A stretch of DNA of 64,000 nt from an uncultured Methanosarcinales archaeon. GTDB lineage: Archaea; Nanobdellota; Nanobdellia; Woesearchaeales; CAYVYK01. The stretch covers positions 1 through 64,000 of the forward strand of contig CAYVYK010000008.1 in assembly GCA_964455675.1 (NCBI GenBank). Reading direction: 5' to 3'. Shown in pieces: positions 61,098-64,000 of the stretch (position 1 is the stretch's first letter; the number at the start of each line of letters is the position of its first letter). The notes beneath the pieces were generated by a model, which made no database searches, was not told the DNA's origin, and was given only the letters and a program-made list of their open reading frames with translations. Made by a program: the position numbers and the translations under genes.

Positions 61098-64000
61098 ATG
61101 CAGCGACATGCTGTGCGTATATCTATACTGTTTCTAGCACTGATACTCTTGCCCGGCGTGCTTGCATTCCAAGCAGAGCTGGACAAATATGTGTATCTTA
61201 CGAACAGCACCCTTACCATTAGCGGCAGCTCTCTTGCGAACGTCACGATCAACGCAACAATCTATGATGCCACAAGCGAAGTCGCGCACAACGGAACAAA
61301 TTCCAGCACGAGCGGAACGTTCTCCATCACGGTCCAACTTACAAGCTACGACGAGGGAAATTACTACGCAACCGTCACGGAAAACAATAATGAAACACTC
61401 ACCCTCTACTTCAAGGTCAGGCTCGAGGAAGTCAACTACCCGATCTACATGATAACAAACGCGACGCCCATCGTCATCAACACCACAAGCGACAACACCG
61501 CCGACGAAAGATTCTCAGATCTCCCCAGCATCTCGGGCACTATCTATTACGGCAACGCAACACTTGGAGAGGTGCTCTATACCTTTGTTCTCGTTGATGA
61601 CAGCGTCAATCTGACGTACACGAGCGTCTACCTCGACGACGACCAAACATTTGAGCTCTACAACAACACCGAAGATTTTACAGGAATCACGGAATCGAAC
61701 TATCAGAAGCGCGACATCTTCGCCGCAAACGGTACTAATTATGTCATCGCGGGCATGAACGTCTCAGGAGGACGGCTGCTGCTTGCAGTACCCTCAGAGA
61801 CATCCAGCTACGGCGTTGGAGAAACCGCATACTACATGATCGTTACCGAGGACGCCGACGGAAGCCTTGAGGAGAATGAGGCACTGTCCATCAGCATCAC
61901 GGGACCTGTGAGTTCGAATGAGACGAACACCACGAACGATTACGGTTATTACACCAGCAGTGTTGCACTAACAATAGCGGGCTTCTACATCATCAATGTA
62001 AACGACGGACTCTCCACCATGCTCATCGAGGCGAGCGCGTACACCCTCAGCGTGAAAACAACGGACCTTTCCGGAGATCCACAGACAAGCTACACACCGG
62101 GAGACACAGTCCGGATCGAAGCAGTCATCAAAAATTCCACGACAAGCCTCAACGCCACCATGATCAACTGCACGATCACATTCCCCAACGGAACTCAGGA
62201 AGCTCACGACATGACCGCAACAAGCACGGGCAATTACTACTATGATTTTACCACGCCCGCGGACCTTGAAGGAAGCTACGGCGTGCGCGTCGCAAGTCTC
62301 GTCGAAGGAGTCAGCCAGAGCAAGAGCATCGGATTTGTTGCGGAATCCACAGCGTTCAACATGTTTGCCATCAACACAAATTATCTTGACCAAGTACAGG
62401 GAGGAGGAGCCTTTGTCAGCGCTTTCGCGCCTGGAGCAAACATCACAATCATGGCGATCAGGGTCAACATCTCAAAAGGAGGATACATGGCGGAGGATGG
62501 AATGATCGATATCGAGAATCCATCTGCAGGAATCTACTGTGAGGACGTCGTCAGCGTCACTCTAGTCAAGGATGACAAAGGTACAGTCTACAGCGTCGAC
62601 ACCTTGAATCTGAATATCACGAGCCTGCAAGACCTTGTGGACACCGATTTCTTCCCGGCAGAAGTCACTCCCCCAGCGGCAATGATGCGCCAATGCATGA
62701 TTATCATCAGAAACACGAGCCTACCAAAAGGATTCTACACCATCCAAGGAATGCTTGACCTGGGCACCGAAAAACAAGCCGGAACATCATTTAGCATCCA
62801 GCGACTCCTCGCGGACGCGTACACCGTCGACAAGAACGGGAACGAATTCGGATTCTTCTCACCAGGAACAACCGTATACATGAAGATCACGCTCACCGAC
62901 ATGCTCACTGACCTTGCTCTCAACGATTCACAAATCAAGGAAGTAACTATCAGCCAGGTCGAGAAAAATGGAGTGCTCTACACCGTAACAAACGAGTCCT
63001 ATGACAACACGACCGCGACACTTAGATTCACATCACCAGCCTACGAAGGATTCTACTCACTCAGGTTTAGGTTCAAGGCGATGATCGATGGAGCAAACCA
63101 TACAGGAGAGGGACAAGCATTCTTCCAGCTCAAAAAGTATATCATCTTCGCACAAGTGGCCCAAGGAGAGGGAGATATGGGACCTGGCTTCAAGAAACCA
63201 GGCGACAATATCACGCTCACCGTCACCATCGTCGACATCGAGAAAGGAGGCCTCTTTGAGATCGGAATGAGCGGAGGAACTGCCATGTCATGCACGGGAT
63301 GCGAGGGCCTCAACGCGCGAGTGACACGTATCTTCAACGACCAGCTATTCCAGGAGGTTGATGACTCCGCATACACCGCAACAGAAGGAAGCGTCACAAG
63401 CAGCACGAGCGGAGCCACCATCATCATCCAACAGGACACCACATTTGACACGGGATGGTACATGCTTGACATCGAGCTCTATAATCCCGAAGACGAGAGC
63501 GAGGTGTACACCGGATTTGGATTCTTCGAAATCAGAAACTTCTTCGTCCCCATGCTCGACATGGAATACAACGCGACAAACAACAGCTTCAGTTCGGACA
63601 GCAGCGAGGAATGGACTAGCGAAGGAGAGTTTACCTTCGAAACAGGAAGCAACGCGTATCTTAAAGTCCTTGCCATGCGACCTGGACCAAACGGCGGAGT
63701 AAGCCTCAACATCACCAACGCCACCATCATCAATGTCCTCAAAGAAGGATACGACGGCCCGCCAATCCCCGTGGACTACCAAGGAGGCATCAGCGAACGA
63801 TTCGTACGAAGTCAGGTGTGCAGCGGCCCAGGCAATTGCACGTATGAAATGAGCACGAAGTGGATCGCAAACATCAGCGGACTATCAGAAGAAGGGTTCT
63901 ACATGGCGAACATCCGTGTCACCACTGACTCAGGATCGGACATCGGAAGCGCGGACATCATCATCGCGGCATTCCAGCTCGCCGCAGACTATCGCGGAGA
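61098..64000 (+). CDS. Large secreted glycoprotein (S-layer/macroglobulin-like Ig repeats), partial; absent from the ORF track because it has no stop
   Basis: GAGGTGA SD, signal peptide MQRHAVRISILFLALILLPGVLA-F, frame still open at the window end, dense sequons, Y.PG.TV.I motifs. Confidence 0.85.
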   Translation, partial: MQRHAVRISILFLALILLPGVLAFQAELDKYVYLTNSTLTISGSSLANVTINATIYDATSEVAHNGTNSSTSGTFSITVQLTSYDEGNYYATVTENNNETLTLYFKVRLEEVNYPIYMITNATPIVINTTSDNTADERFSDLPSISGTIYYGNATLGEVLYTFVLVDDSVNLTYTSVYLDDDQTFELYNNTEDFTGITESNYQKRDIFAANGTNYVIAGMNVSGGRLLLAVPSETSSYGVGETAYYMIVTEDADGSLEENEALSISITGPVSSNETNTTNDYGYYTSSVALTIAGFYIINVNDGLSTMLIEASAYTLSVKTTDLSGDPQTSYTPGDTVRIEAVIKNSTTSLNATMINCTITFPNGTQEAHDMTATSTGNYYYDFTTPADLEGSYGVRVASLVEGVSQSKSIGFVAESTAFNMFAINTNYLDQVQGGGAFVSAFAPGANITIMAIRVNISKGGYMAEDGMIDIENPSAGIYCEDVVSVTLVKDDKGTVYSVDTLNLNITSLQDLVDTDFFPAEVTPPAAMMRQCMIIIRNTSLPKGFYTIQGMLDLGTEKQAGTSFSIQRLLADAYTVDKNGNEFGFFSPGTTVYMKITLTDMLTDLALNDSQIKEVTISQVEKNGVLYTVTNESYDNTTATLRFTSPAYEGFYSLRFRFKAMIDGANHTGEGQAFFQLKKYIIFAQVAQGEGDMGPGFKKPGDNITLTVTIVDIEKGGLFEIGMSGGTAMSCTGCEGLNARVTRIFNDQLFQEVDDSAYTATEGSVTSSTSGATIIIQQDTTFDTGWYMLDIELYNPEDESEVYTGFGFFEIRNFFVPMLDMEYNATNNSFSSDSSEEWTSEGEFTFETGSNAYLKVLAMRPGPNGGVSLNITNATIINVLKEGYDGPPIPVDYQGGISERFVRSQVCSGPGNCTYEMSTKWIANISGLSEEGFYMANIRVTTDSGSDIGSADIIIAAFQLAADYRG

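Overview
Chromosomal segment of a small-genome DPANN archaeon, most likely Woesearchaeota. This placement is inferred from the archaeal translation and chaperone genes, TTTATAAA TATA boxes, GGTGA-type Shine-Dalgarno (SD) sites, a short DUF1931-type histone and Cys-rich giant surface proteins. Housekeeping content: gltX, pyrE/pyrF, thermosome, cmk, slyD-ftsZ-secE-spt5-rpl11, DTD2, rpl7ae-rps28e-rpl24e-ndk-EF2-EF1A-rps10, and a nucleotide house-cleaning cluster. Three tRNAs are present: Glu-CUC with a 98-nt structured intron, Ala-GGC, and Ser-GGA with a 37-nt intron. Two candidate undescribed systems stand out. (1) A dispersed non-coding element family with 4 copies (about 3.9, 21.8, 29.0 and 33.7 kb, all in the same orientation). 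Each copy is a short tandem array (57-66-nt period) of a GTAG/GCAG-GACGGTCAGCCTCCC repeat with variable spacers, ending in two hairpins with clear compensatory base changes. It looks like an archaeal REP/BIME-like ssDNA element or a guide-like array, and no cognate enzyme is in the window. (2) A minus-strand operon (40.6-51.3 kb) in which a 2556-aa adhesin ends in a domain homologous to the adjacent 191-aa secreted protein, followed by two membrane-anchored Ig-like proteins. This architecture suggests a donor-strand (chaperone-usher/WxL-like) pilus. Also noted: a K-turn in the L7Ae 5'UTR, an H/ACA-like small RNA candidate, a pair of pseudo-HIT genes, a 600-bp AT-rich tract before an RHH operon, and a 2484-aa modular glycan-active surface protein. 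All protein calls come from motif recognition by eye; no database searches were run.
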